Assembly: GCF_035594765.1 (NCBI RefSeq)
Contig: NC_085846.1
Coordinates: 18,649,190-18,713,189 of the forward strand
From: Anolis carolinensis
Lineage: Eukaryota
Direction: 5' to 3'
Length of the DNA stretch: 64,000 nt
Part shown: in pieces, positions 52,530 to 64,000 of the stretch
Layout: every line of letters starts with the position of its first letter
Position numbering within the stretch: position 1 is the stretch's first letter
The notes under the pieces: model-generated
The model's input: only the letters and a program-made list of their open reading frames with translations
Told to the model about the DNA's origin: nothing
Database searches by the model: none
Made by a program: the position numbers and the translations under genes

Positions 52530-52860
52530 TGTACGATGATGACGTAGGAACTCCAAAGGAGGGGGGAGAGAGAGGGGGGAGGCCACGTGACTAGAGGTTG
52601 TCATATGGGGAAGGCGGCTCTCTTTTCTTCTTCCCTCCCTCCCTCCTCGCGCAATGCCTCTCGGGAGCGGTAGTCCCTTCCCACCGGCTCCTCTTCCCAG
52701 GCCTGGTCGTGCTTTCCGCCCGCCATGCCCGGGGGAAGGGGCGGCAAGGCCCGCGAGGCCGCCAACCCGGCGCTCGGGGGAGGGCTCGAGTCGGTGACGG
52801 AGCGGGTCCTGCGCGAGGCCCACGCGCTCTATGTGCATCCGGGTCACGGTGAGGGTTTGG
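52530..52860 (+). promoter_or_regulatory. CpG-island promoter of the GTPase-like gene
   Basis: High CpG density across exon 1; TGACGTA at 52540; E-box CCACGTGAC at 52583-52591. Confidence 0.7.
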
Positions 52861-55800
52861 GGGAGAGGGAAATAGGGGGGAGGGGGTGGGGATGGAAAGG
52901 CTGGATCTACTACAGAGAGTTACTACATGGGGCTGCCAGGACTCAGGAGAATCTTCTTTTACAGACTGGAGGCCCTTAGCAGACATTAAAAACAATCTTC
53001 AGTTCTGATATTACAGTAAAGCAAGGGTTTATTATATTATTTATTATACTAATTATATATGCTATATTATATATTTTACTATAATATATATATATATAAT
53101 ACAATTGTTTATATATATAATATATATAATAATAATAATAAAACTTTATTTATACCCCACCACCATCTCCCCAACGGAGACTCGGGGCGGCTTACATGGG
53201 GCCATGCCCAGAACAATACAATATAACAAAATATAAAACAACACATCATAACACAGTTAAACAATACAATAGATAATAATATACATAATACAGCACAAAA
53301 TCAGAAAAGCAATAAAAACCAGGGCGGGCCGCATGAACACTGAGTTAAAACTCAGGGTGAGAAAGAAATAAGGATAAAAACCACGGGGAACAGGGTCATA
53401 AGAAAGTGGTACAATCTAGAGGATAAATATTATTTTTTATTTTATATATCTGATTTATTATGTTTATTTTATTATATCATTTATTTTATTATATCTATTA
53501 TATCTGTTATCTATTTTTATTGTTATTGTATTATATTTATTTTGTTATATAATTTATTATCTATATTATTTTATTATTATATTGTTATTATATCTACAGT
53601 GCCATTTATTATATTATGTTATTTTATTTTAAATCATGGTTGCGTTTGAAAAATCAATATGAAATAGTTAGGAGGCAAGCTGTCATTACAGTTTAGGCAG
53701 GAAACAGCCAGGCTTTGAAGCTGCAATGCTATTCAGTGCTAATCAAGCTGTCCAATTGCAACATTCACACTTGCCTCAGGCAGACAAGACTTCTTTCTCC
53801 CACCTTGGACATTCCACAGATATAAAAACCCCACTTGCCTAGTTTCTAACAGACCTCACAACCTGTGAGGATGCGATGTGGGTGAAACGTCAGGAGAGAT
53901 TTGCTTCTGGACCATGACCATACAGCCCAGAAAACTCACAGCAACCCAATTACACTATATGACACAATTTTTGTTCCTGGGTTATAAATGTCATTTTCTA
54001 ATTGGTTCGATCATAAAAACATTGGGAAAGTTTATTGAACTGCAAAAAACGGGTTTTGCCAGGACATCCTGCTATAGTTTTTCAATGAAAATCTCAACCA
54101 GTTCAACATAGTTTGTGGCAGCCACGAGAACAAAGTTTCTGGAATATAACTATTAGAGAACATAACCTGTTAGAGGTGAGCAAAAAAAAAAAAAAAAACA
54201 ACAACCTTTAGAGCAGAATGTCCTCTTGTAGTATACAAGCAAATATAATTATTCTAGGCAATGTTTTCAATTGTTAGACTGAATAACCTGTAATCTGTCA
54301 GGAAAACAGATTTGCCAGTGCATAAAAACAGCAGAGCTTTAGAAGTATTTTCTTTTTCAGTGCCCAAAATACCCTCCCATAAAACAACTTGTTTCATATC
54401 ATGCACTCAAGAGACAAAAAAACATAATGTTCATATGTTCATAAAAAACATAAAACATAATAAAAAAATATTACAAAATAAAAACCACCTCTAGAGTTTC
54501 CGGAATGAGAACTCCTGTCCTTTGAATGATTGCATAGAATAGGGTATTTCAGCAGGTGTAGCTTGTTACCTGGTTGTGTGACCTTTTTTTAAAAAAAATC
54601 ACAATAAAGAAGTCATTTCTAGGGATTCCAGAGAGAAAGCTTCTGTCCTTTAATAGTTTGTCATTTGGTTATGTGGCAAAAAAAAAACACCTCCTGAAAT
54701 GCCCTCTTCTGCACAGCACTAGAAGCCATCTCAAGTTTTCAATTTGGCAACCCTAAAGTTTTTTTCTTCCCTTTCTTTCTAGGTCTGGTGACTATCGGGG
54801 CACGGCTGGGACTGACCCTGCTCCCACCGCGCCGCAAAGTGACCGTCATGGTCATGGGCAACCACAGCGCTAGCAAGAGTAGCTTCATTAACTGGTAAGC
54901 AAAGGGTGACACAAATAGTTGTGAGTGTGATTTTGTGATACCATATCATAACATTATAGTGTGTTCAAAAAGCATTATGGGAGAATTCTTAGGCATTGGC
55001 GTGAGTGCAGAGGATTGTGAAAATGGCAGGAGTGGATACAAGGCCTTCTGGACAAATGGATTGGCAGGGATGCAAAACATTGTGGGAAAATCTTAGGAAG
55101 AGGTTGGCATAGACATGAGGCAGTGTGGGGAATTCCCTTGTGACAGATGGCATGGTTGCAGGATAGTTTTGGGTAATGTCTAGGTGGGGTTTAGCTTGAA
55201 TGTAAGTTATTGCTGGGAAATGCATACACAGAACTGGCAGAGATGCAAAGCACAATGGGGAAATCAAGGATTAAGGATTGTGGGTTAATCTTGAAATATT
55301 GACAATGTGCAAGGCGTAGTTAAAGTTGTGGTTAATCACAAGATTTCTTTTGATAAATTGGTTAAAGCATTGTATTTAAATATGAGATGTCGATATGTCC
55401 ATAGGATGTATACAATTGATACATCGTAATCAACAGTAAAATGTTATGTATTGGCGTTGACTGGCTCATTTGAAAGATTTGTATAAAGTGTGCTGCATTG
55501 AATGAATATCTATATACTTACTAATTTATAGGTAGTTTCCCTGGTATACAAGATATATCATACTGCTCTGTTTGCATATATGAAAGTACAGTAGAGTCTC
55601 ACTTATCCAAGCTAAACGGGCCGGCAGAACCTTGGATAAGCAAATATCTTGGATAATAAGGAGAGATTAAGGAAAAGCCTATTAAACATCAAATTAGGTT
55701 ATGATTTTGACAAATTAAGCACCAAATCATGTTATACAACAAATTTGACAGAAGAAGTAGTTCAATACACAGCAATGTTATGTTGTAATCACTGTATTTA

Positions 55801-58800
55801 CGAATTTAGCACCAAAATATCATGATATATTGAAAACATTGACTACGAAAATGCCTTGGATAATCCAGAACCTTGGATAAGCAAGTATTGGATAAGTGAG
55901 ACTCTACTGTAGTTGTAATACATAGAGCATGCAGAAACATTGTGTGATGGGTTTAATTTTCCATTATTCAAGAGGAAGATGTGAGGCCATAATACAAGTT
56001 TAGTGTGCCATATCTGAAATGCTTGAGGTTATAAGTGTTTTGGGTTTATTATTATTATTTTAGAATAACTGCATTTGCATATATATACATAATGAGCTAT
56101 GGAATCCAAGTCTGAACATGAAAGTTATTACTTTTTTGCTACACATAGCCCAACAATATTTTGTTATGATATTTTTTAAATTATTTTGAGCATGAAACAA
56201 AGCCTAGGTACATTGAACCATCAGAAAGGGAATATGTTGATATATCAGCTACCTATGTGAGCAAAATCAGATTTTGGAAATTGGAATACTTGGTAAGAGA
56301 TGCTCAACCTGTATATTGCAAGATGTTGGGACAATTTGAGCTGCTTGTCTTCCTAGGATATCTTCAGATTACTTAATAAGGACTTCTTGAGTTATTTCTT
56401 GGAAGCTGCACCTTCCAGGATTAGCTCAGAGCCAGGCATATTTAAATATTGGGAACATTGTATCTTTATTCAATATTGGGAATATTGTATCTTTATTTCC
56501 TGAACATGTACCTGCAGGTATGTGGAAGAGCACATTCAACGAACTGGTGTTGCTATTGAGACTCAGGGATTCACCTTCATCACCAGTGGAAGAAAACGAG
56601 AATCTCTCACGGTGAGAAACTCATCCTTTGACTTGTGTTGTCATGGGAAAATAGGCTGTAATTCCTGGAATGAAAACATTTGGTTTGAAATAGCAAGGAA
56701 TTTTTTACAAAACCTCAATCCGGAAACATGGCATAATGCTGACTAAGTGGCAACTGAATCTTATTTCGATACAGCCACAGGAATAGCATCCTTTGAAAAA
56801 TAGTAAGCAAATTTAGGAAATGCGCAGTGACATAAAATTATCTCCATCATTTTGTCATTTCCTGTCAACATCTGCCACCTGAGGTGGCCACCTTATTATA
56901 CCAAATAATAGGGCCAGTTCTTGCCCCTGCATTTGGCTAATAACAACCAAATGCCCTCAGAAAACCTTGTTGCCTGTTATTCCTTGACCAGGTATACACA
57001 CTGCAAACATAGCTTTTTGTTTTGAGATCTTACAACTAACAGTGCTTGATCCGTAGAACCTGTAAAAAGGGATTTGTATTCATTGTTTTGTGTTCCTGAG
57101 TCCCCTTGGGGAGATAAGGCAGAATACAAATAAAGTTTTATTACTATTATTTCTGCTGTCTATGCTTTTTTCCCACAGTAGTTTTATCCCCTGCCCAGCC
57201 TGCTAGCAGTTTTTGCTCACTAAGCCTGCTCAGTTCTTTTTTGAGTATATTCTTGTTTCCCATAAAGCTTTTCCCCTACTGTTTTTCTATATATGCAGAC
57301 TTTAAGGTATGTTCAGATCTGATACCTTATGCATGGATGTTGCTGTTTGGAGTATGATTTCCTGTTAGTATATTAGATAGAATTGTCTTCCATGGATTTG
57401 CCTAATCCTCTTAAAAGCAATCTGTGCTGTACCTGTAGGCTTAGAACAATCCTATGTCCTTATACTCCTCTATTTCCCCACTTCCTTTTCTACAGGGCAA
57501 TGCTACACTCCATCTGTACCCTCATTTCCAGGCTTTGCAGAGTTTTAAAGGTTAGTTGAAACGAACTGAGATTAAATCATGGTGTATAAAGCCATGCTAT
57601 ACATTAGTTATTGTCTAGCAGAAAACATAATGCTGATGATTTGCTAAAGACAGTAGTTAAGATACATGAGTGGAGAGCTTTAAAGGATGGCATCTGAAGG
57701 TGGAAGATACAGTTGGTGTTTGTTATCTGTCAATTAAAAAAGATGGCTGCTGCAGAGGTTTAATATTATGTCCCTTCCTTCATTTAGGGGTGCCAGAGTA
57801 CCTCAGCACTGAGATTTGCACCTCCAAACAGAAGCAGTTCCCTTTGGTCACCTTCCTTGACACTCCAGGCTTGGTAGATGGTGACATGAAATATCCATTT
57901 GATGTAGAAGCAGCACTTATATGGTTTGGTGAGTGCCTTAGCAGTATAAAATAGTTTTGGCTTCTGCTAGTCTGTATGGCATTAGGAGAACTAAGTCTGT
58001 GTGAGAAAAAACTGAATTGCATGAAACGTATAAATCAGAAATGGGAAATATTTTACCAGCTAGATGTTTTGGACTAGGACACCAACAATTTTTGCACAGA
58101 TCTGATGGAAATTGTAGGCCCAAACCATCTCGATATACAAAAGGTTTGCTAAATGAAGAAAACCACATATAAAGCAAGGTGTTTTTTTCGTGTCAGGAGC
58201 GACTGAAATGAGTGTGAGAGAATTGGCCGTCTGCAAGGACGTTGCCCAGGGGACACCCGGATGTTTGATGCTTTACCATCCTTGTGGGAGATTTCTCTCA
58301 TATCCCCGCATGGAGCTGGAGCTGACAGAGGGAGCTCATCCACGCTCTCATCGGGTTGAATTAAAACCAACAACCTTTAGGTAAGCAACCCAACCTTCAA
58401 GTCAGTAGTTCTGCCCGCACAAGAGTTTAACCCACTGTGCCATTGAGGGCTAGAAAGGTGGTAGAAAGCACGGAACGAAAAGAGATTTTCCTGCTTCCAT
58501 TTCTAATTGGTTAAAGCTAGTTGTAAGAATATTTTCTCATGAAGGGAGCTGCAAGTGGTGGCTGAAATTGCTGTCATGGAAGTTGTGGGAGCTGTATGAT
58601 GAAAAAATCACATATTAATCTTTTTTTTTTCAATAAGGCAGCCCTCCCATCTTTTCTTAACTTAGCTAATACCACTTCTCCTTATCTAGTGTTCTGGCAT
58701 AGCTGCCAACCAAGTATGTATATGACTACCATTAATCTTCTTTCATATATATCAGTCTGACATAGCTAATACTCTTATTCTAGGTAAACAACTCTGCCAC

Positions 58801-61800
58801 CTGTCTCTGTTTTCTCACCTCAGGTCAGCTCTGTGACCTCATTCTGGTCTTCTTTGATCCTATGGGGCAGGCCCTTTGCAAGCGCACCCTCAACATTGTG
58901 GAGCAGCTCAATGAGGGCCATGGCGACAAGCTGCATTTCTACCTCAGCAAAGCTGATGAGGCTGGTGCAGAGGGGGACAGACAGGTACCACCTATAAATA
59001 GGGGGGTCTACTGGTGATAATTGAGTAAGAAGTGCAAAACACAATACAAACTTTAAAGAATGCCAAAGTTTGTTGATGTTTTTGCTTTTGCTTTTTTATA
59101 TTAAAAAAATCTTGCTTTTGGTCATGCTTTTTTGGCAGAGGGTGCTGATGCAAATTGTCCAGGAACTTTGTAAGCGCCCGGGTCTCAACAAATGTGGTTT
59201 TGACATGCCCACAATCTACATCCCCAGCCCCAGTAAGGTGAGTGACAACCACATATACTTCTAGAGTAAGGGTGGGCATGGCTAGAGAGACCGAGAACCA
59301 GATGGGCCTTCTTGAGATCCTTAGTGAGCTGCAACAATGTTTAATTTAGCCTGTTCTCTGTGGGGCGGAGGCTGGAAAGCAAGGCACTTGAGAGGGTGAC
59401 TAAGCAGTTTCAAACCTTCCGATCAGGCAAATGTCTGTCACCCTTCTTAAATGTCTTTGCCTTCAGGAGCCTTGAAAGTAAGTGATGTGCTTTAGAAAGA
59501 GCCAGGAATTGTGTTGTTGAAGGCTTTCATGGCTGGAATCACTGGATCATTCTTTACTTACTATTGTTTTTTTTAAATACTGGTAGCCAGATTTTGGCTA
59601 CCAGTATTAAAAAGACCTCTAAAATCAGGATAGTAAATAAAGATCAACACTCTGAAAAGAGGGGAATTCCAGGCATAAAACAATAAGGGCCAGCTAACAC
59701 CTCCCAACAAAGGATTCCCCCAGGCAAGAATCAGTGAGGCCTGGAAGCTGCAAGGCCATTAAATGCTAATCAAGGTGAATAATTACAACATTCACACTTG
59801 CCTCCAACAAACAAGAGTTCTTTCTCCCACTCTGGACCTTCCACAGATATATAAACTGTCCTTGCCTCGTTTCCAATATAACTCACAACCTCTGAGGATG
59901 CCTGCCATAGATGTGGGCAAAATGTCAGGAAAGAATGCTTCTGGAACATGGCCATACAGCCCAGAAAACTCACAGCAACCCTGTCAGGAATTGTTTTGTT
60001 TGTTTTTTTAAGATGATAGTCATCTATCCCCTCCACCTCCAGGTAGGGAATTAATGATTGCTGGGTCCAAAAGAATGAATGTGTCAGAAAGATTATGAGG
60101 AGTTTGCTATCACAATTTGGCTGGAAATATCACATCTGTAAAAATGGCCCATTGAAATAGGAGGAGGGAATGGAAGGCCAGAATTGGAGGCTTTAGGACA
60201 CATTTGTCTTGTAGACTGAAAAATCTCTTCTCCCTGTCTCTGTTGTAGGTACCGAAATACCTGCAACACCCCCTTTGTTGTGTTTTTTTCCCCTTTTATG
60301 TTGGGTCCTATGCTTCTAACCTAAGTGAATGTGGCAGACTGACTGCAGTGACTTTTAAATTAAGATGATATGGAAAACCGTGAGGGAAGTAACATTTCTT
60401 GCTCCCCCCCCCCCCCCCCCTTCAGCCAAGCCGGTGCATTAATCAGATTGAGGAAATCTGCCGATCTATTGAGAAGACAATCAGCCAAACAGTGCAGCAC
60501 ACACTCAATGCCCTGGAGCGGGATTGCCATCTCATTAATGAGGCTACACTTCGTCTGCTAGAGGAGGACAAGTAAGAGCACAGGACTGTGAGAATTGAGC
60601 AACTTCACTTTGAGAGAAAGGATAATGTTGGCAACAAGAAGGATAGCACAAGTAGAAATGTGGTATTTTTATGAATCAGAACTATGGGAAAGTAGGCTGA
60701 GTGTGAGACTAGCCATTCTGTGCAGACATCATATATAATCCTGGAGGGGTATTGAAACATTTTGACCGTAGAAATATAAAAGATAAAAGTGAGAGTTGGA
60801 AAGAAAAGTTGGTGACTACTTAAACGTAGTAAGTTAGAATTGCCTGGCATCCAAGCTAATGGTTTATGAGCTACCTGTTCATGCATACTAGGTGTCAGAT
60901 TCCTCCTACTTGATTCCTATCATTGGCTGAAGTGGGTGAATTTACCAGAAAGTAACAAGGAAGTCTAATTTAAGGCAACATTTATTTGCATGACTGCCTT
61001 ATAATCCTATGGATGTTGCATTGGAAGTACAGTAGAGTCTCACTTATCCAACATAAATGGGCCGGCAGAACATTGGATAAGCGAATATGTTGGATAATAA
61101 GGAGGGATTAAGGAAAAGCCTATTAAGCATCAAATTAAGTTATGATTTTACAAATTAAGCACCAAAACATGATGTTTTACTTAAAGTAAGTAGTTCAATA
61201 TGTAGTAACGCTACATAGTAATTACTGTATTTACGAATTTAGTACCAAAACATCACAATGTATTGCAAATGTTGACTATAAAAACATTGACTACTAAAAG
61301 GCAGACTGTGTTGGATAATCTAGAACGTTGGATAAGCGAATGTTGGATAAGTGAGACTCTACTGTAATTCCTTTGAGTTCATCAAGGCTCCTGCTCCCAA
61401 GTAAAAATGTATTGTAATGCAGCCTAAATTAGACTCTTGAGTTCCTTAGAAAGGTAGGTAGAATTGACATGATTACTCTTAACTAAAATATGTTGGACAA
61501 GGAGAGCTTGGGGTGATGAGCTTTCTTTAAAAATATAGTGACATTGGAGAGAAAGTCTGGGAATGAGTATCTACAATATACTACTACCTAGTAGTAGACA
61601 GTGCAACATGTTTGTCATTGCTGAGTGGGTCTGTATTTTTCTTTTCCCCCTCTCTTTATGTACAGTGAAACCAGAAGCAGCAACTTCCGTGCCCGCTTCC
61701 GGGGGATACTCCTGGGGATTGCTGGGTGCCTACTGCCCATCTTTCTCCTTGTAACCTTGCTTTTTGGCACTTCCATTTCTCGCCAATTGTGGACTCTGGT

Positions 61801-63322
61801 CTTGGGAAAGGAGCAAAGCCAAGCATTGGAGCTATATGTGGTGAGTGTTTGGGAAAACTATTTGGCCTGGATGTCCCAGAAAAATCAGTTTCATGTTTTC
61901 TTGAACAATGCTGTCCAACTAATTACTGTTTATTCTCAAGGAACCTTAGATTGTAAGCCAGATATGTGACAATAGTGTGACAAGGCAGCTAAAAAAGCCA
62001 ATACAATTATAGGCTTCATCAATAAGAGTATAGTGTCTAGATTGAGAGAAGTAATGATACCCTCTATTCTGCTTTGGTTCAGCCTCACCTGGAATATTGT
62101 ATGCTATTCTGGTTCTCATAATTCAAGAAGAATATTGACAAGCTAGAATATGTCCAAGGGAAGGCTATCAAAATGGTAAAGGGTCTGGAAGACATGCCTG
62201 TGAGGAGTGCCTTAGGGACTTGACTGTCACATGGAAAACAAGGATATACTAAACATGTTTGAAAGAATGTCATATTGAAGATGGAGGCAGCTTGTTTTCT
62301 GCTGCTCCAGAGACTAGAATACTACGTAATGGATTCAAACAGTGAGAAAAACATCCTGAGGGTAAGAGTTGTTTGTCAGTGGACCATGCTGCCTTGGAGT
62401 ATGGAGGTGTCTTGTTCTTAAAAGAGTTTTTAAAATGGAGGCAGTGTGGCCATCTATCAGGAGTGCTTTGATTATGTATTCTTGCATAGCAGAGGATTGG
62501 ACTGAATGGCCCTTCTGGTCTCTTCCAACTCTATGATTTCATATTTAATCATAATTAAATTAACCATAATTAAATTTGACTTGATTATTTTATAGAATTA
62601 AGGGACTTAGTTCAACTTTTTTTGGTACACACAATGGATTGTTTCTGCCTTTACAGCTTCTCTTCTGCTTTTTATAGCACAGAATGCAGAAATTGTGCTT
62701 ATTGTTTTGTGGGTAAATACCAGCCATGTCTTTTTCTGTTCTTTAGCGTCCGGTTGCCACAGTCTGGAGTTTTGTCCCCGAAGAGCAAACCTTAACAGTA
62801 TTCTTTGGCCTTTTCTTCCTCTCCATTTTCTTCTTGCTCTTGGCCAGTTATACTTTCAGGTAAGAAGCGTCCATGGTTTAACTGCTAAAATTTCCCCATC
62901 TAGAAAAGACACCTGTCACAATGCTATAGTTCTTCCCTTTCCGTGATATCTCTTCATTATCTGCCCTACTTAGGACGAAGCCCACGCTGTCAAAAAAGCA
63001 GAAGCGGCAGCTGGCCGATCGGCGAGATTACGTGTTAGACGTGGTGCTGGAAAAAAAGGTTGATAGTATTGAGAGCTTGGCTCTGGGGTGATTTGGTGTT
63101 ATGCTCTGGGGCTTGGTGTGTATGTGCCAAACAGTTTTGGGTAGAAAAAAGCAAGGAGCCTGATCTCTGTTATGGCTATTCAAGTGGGTATAACTTCCAT
63201 GAGAGAAGAACTTGGCCAGTGTGTTGGAATACAAATAATGCCACATTTATTTATTTTTCTTGCAGAAACATCTCTATGAGGAATACCTTCGCTTGAGTAT
63301 TGGCGAGCAAGACCTGAGCTGA
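52725..63322 (+). CDS. Uncharacterised EHD/dynamin-superfamily (Dynamin_N-like) P-loop NTPase with two C-terminal transmembrane helices, 453 aa, 12 exons
   Basis: GT-AG exons 52725-52848, 54783-54894, 56518-56611, 57496-57550, 57788-57928, 58824-58984, 59139-59237, 60426-60571, 61666-61840, 62747-62859, 62974-63058, 63266-63322 join in one frame (1362 nt). G1 VMVMGNHSASKSSFIN, G2 ETQGF, G3 FLDTPG, LILVFFDP, G4 SKAD; hydrophobic segments in exons 9 and 10. Confidence 0.9.
53140..53420 (-). mobile_element. L2-like LINE 3' end
   Basis: Reverse complement tgtaagccgccccgagtctccgttgggagatggtggtggggtataaataaag followed by (TTA)n. Confidence 0.65.
53695..53948 (+). mobile_element. Penelope-like terminal fragment (hammerhead degenerate)
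   Basis: Family match to 10912; core reads GTGAGGA with a stem II deletion. Confidence 0.7.
55589..55909. mobile_element. Tc1/mariner (Tigger-like) MITE
   Basis: TA|CAGTAGAGTCTCACTTATCCAA...TTGGATAAGTGAGACTCTACTG|TA. Confidence 0.9.
58184..58452 (-). mobile_element. Anolis SINE2-like
   Basis: Family body with tRNA head at the right end. Confidence 0.8.
59510..59982 (+). mobile_element. Penelope-like fragment with inverted 5' junction (hammerhead GAAA changed to AAAA)
   Basis: Family match; inverted tail gaaggctttcatggctggaatcactgg and hairpin junction at ~59577-59609. Confidence 0.75.
61030..61364. mobile_element. Tc1/mariner (Tigger-like) MITE, same family as 55589
   Basis: Identical TIRs and TA TSD. 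Confidence 0.9.
61945..62540 (+). mobile_element. CR1 LINE 3' fragment, decayed
   Basis: Typical CR1 ORF2 end (aaaagccaat..., cctcacctggaatattgt...) and terminal cttccaactctatgatt. Confidence 0.8.
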
Positions 63323-64000
63323 AACTCCCCAATGTGTTCAGTCTCCTATTTCCATGAGACACTCAACCCCCCTCTCCCATCCCACCTTTCTAAGTTGCTC
63401 CAGAGAAGAGACTCTCCTACAACTGTGAATCTTCTAAGGGGCCAGTTAGATGCCTTCCAGTCTGGTGGGCACCTTTTTCCACATAGGTCAAAGAGTAACC
63501 TTATATTTGGATAGCTCCGGTGTCTTATGATCTTTCATACTGTGACTAACCATATCTGCATTGCCATTCACCCGAAATTAGTGATGTACTTCCTCTGCTT
63601 CCGCTATCCTTATATCTGATTGGTCAGTGCCTTGGGATTTTCCTGTTACCTCTAATTTAAAGATGGGAGGAACAGCGACACTTCCAAATGGCTCTTCATG
63701 TTTAATTGGATTATGCAATTTTTTCTATCCTAAATGATTTAATAACTATGCCTCAAGTCTTTAAAAGATAATGTCAAATTACAGGCCAGTATAATGCTTA
63801 TAACTCCTGTAGTGAGGGACAGGCATTTTTTTTCATTTGTTTTTACAGACCAGATTAGTATTTCCCTTTTTTCAGTTCTACATCTTCTCTGTGTCATGGC
63901 CTAGCTCAATTCAGCCTGTGTCCAGTCAGTTCACGTGTCAACACACCCAGTTGACTAGGCCTTGACCCATCGCATGGGGTAAGGACTATGAATTGGGAGG

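Noticed and set aside
51255-52547. Long overlapping ORFs (250-360 aa) on both strands
   Set aside because: Artefacts of a stop-poor 4-mer satellite; low-complexity translations with no splice or domain evidence.
56446-56499. 27-bp tandem duplication just upstream of the NTPase exon 3 acceptor
   Set aside because: Simple slippage duplication; it creates no new AG acceptor and has no evident consequence.

Overview
Eukaryotic (squamate reptile, most likely Anolis-like, judged from the Sauria-SINE, Anolis-SINE2 and Penelope repeat landscape) genomic window; no prokaryotic features. About 1-49.3 kb is a tandem array of six plus-strand cytosolic sulfotransferase genes of the SULT1 family (SULT1C-like). 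I reconstructed them by hand from GT-AG exons of the canonical sizes (~151-172/123-132/98/127/95/181/113 nt): gene 1 is 5'-truncated by the window, and genes 2-6 are complete and apparently intact (295-305 aa). Interleaved are two inverted SULT exon1-2 pseudogene fragments, three orphan copies of the gene-2 promoter/first-exon module, and many transposon insertions: a 5'-truncated L1 nested in a solo LTR, two other solo LTRs, SPIN/OC1-like and other hAT MITEs (one CpG-rich and inserted in the gene-5 promoter), Tc1/mariner MITEs, SINEs, CR1/L2/RTE fragments, and Penelope ends carrying hammerhead ribozyme cores. After a ~1.15 kb complex tetranucleotide satellite, 52725-63322 holds a 12-exon, 453-aa uncharacterised EHD/dynamin-superfamily P-loop NTPase with no EH domain but two C-terminal transmembrane helices (atlastin/mitofusin-like topology) and a variant P-loop (GNHSASKS). 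This gene is the best candidate for under-described biology here. All calls were made by eye; no database search was run.
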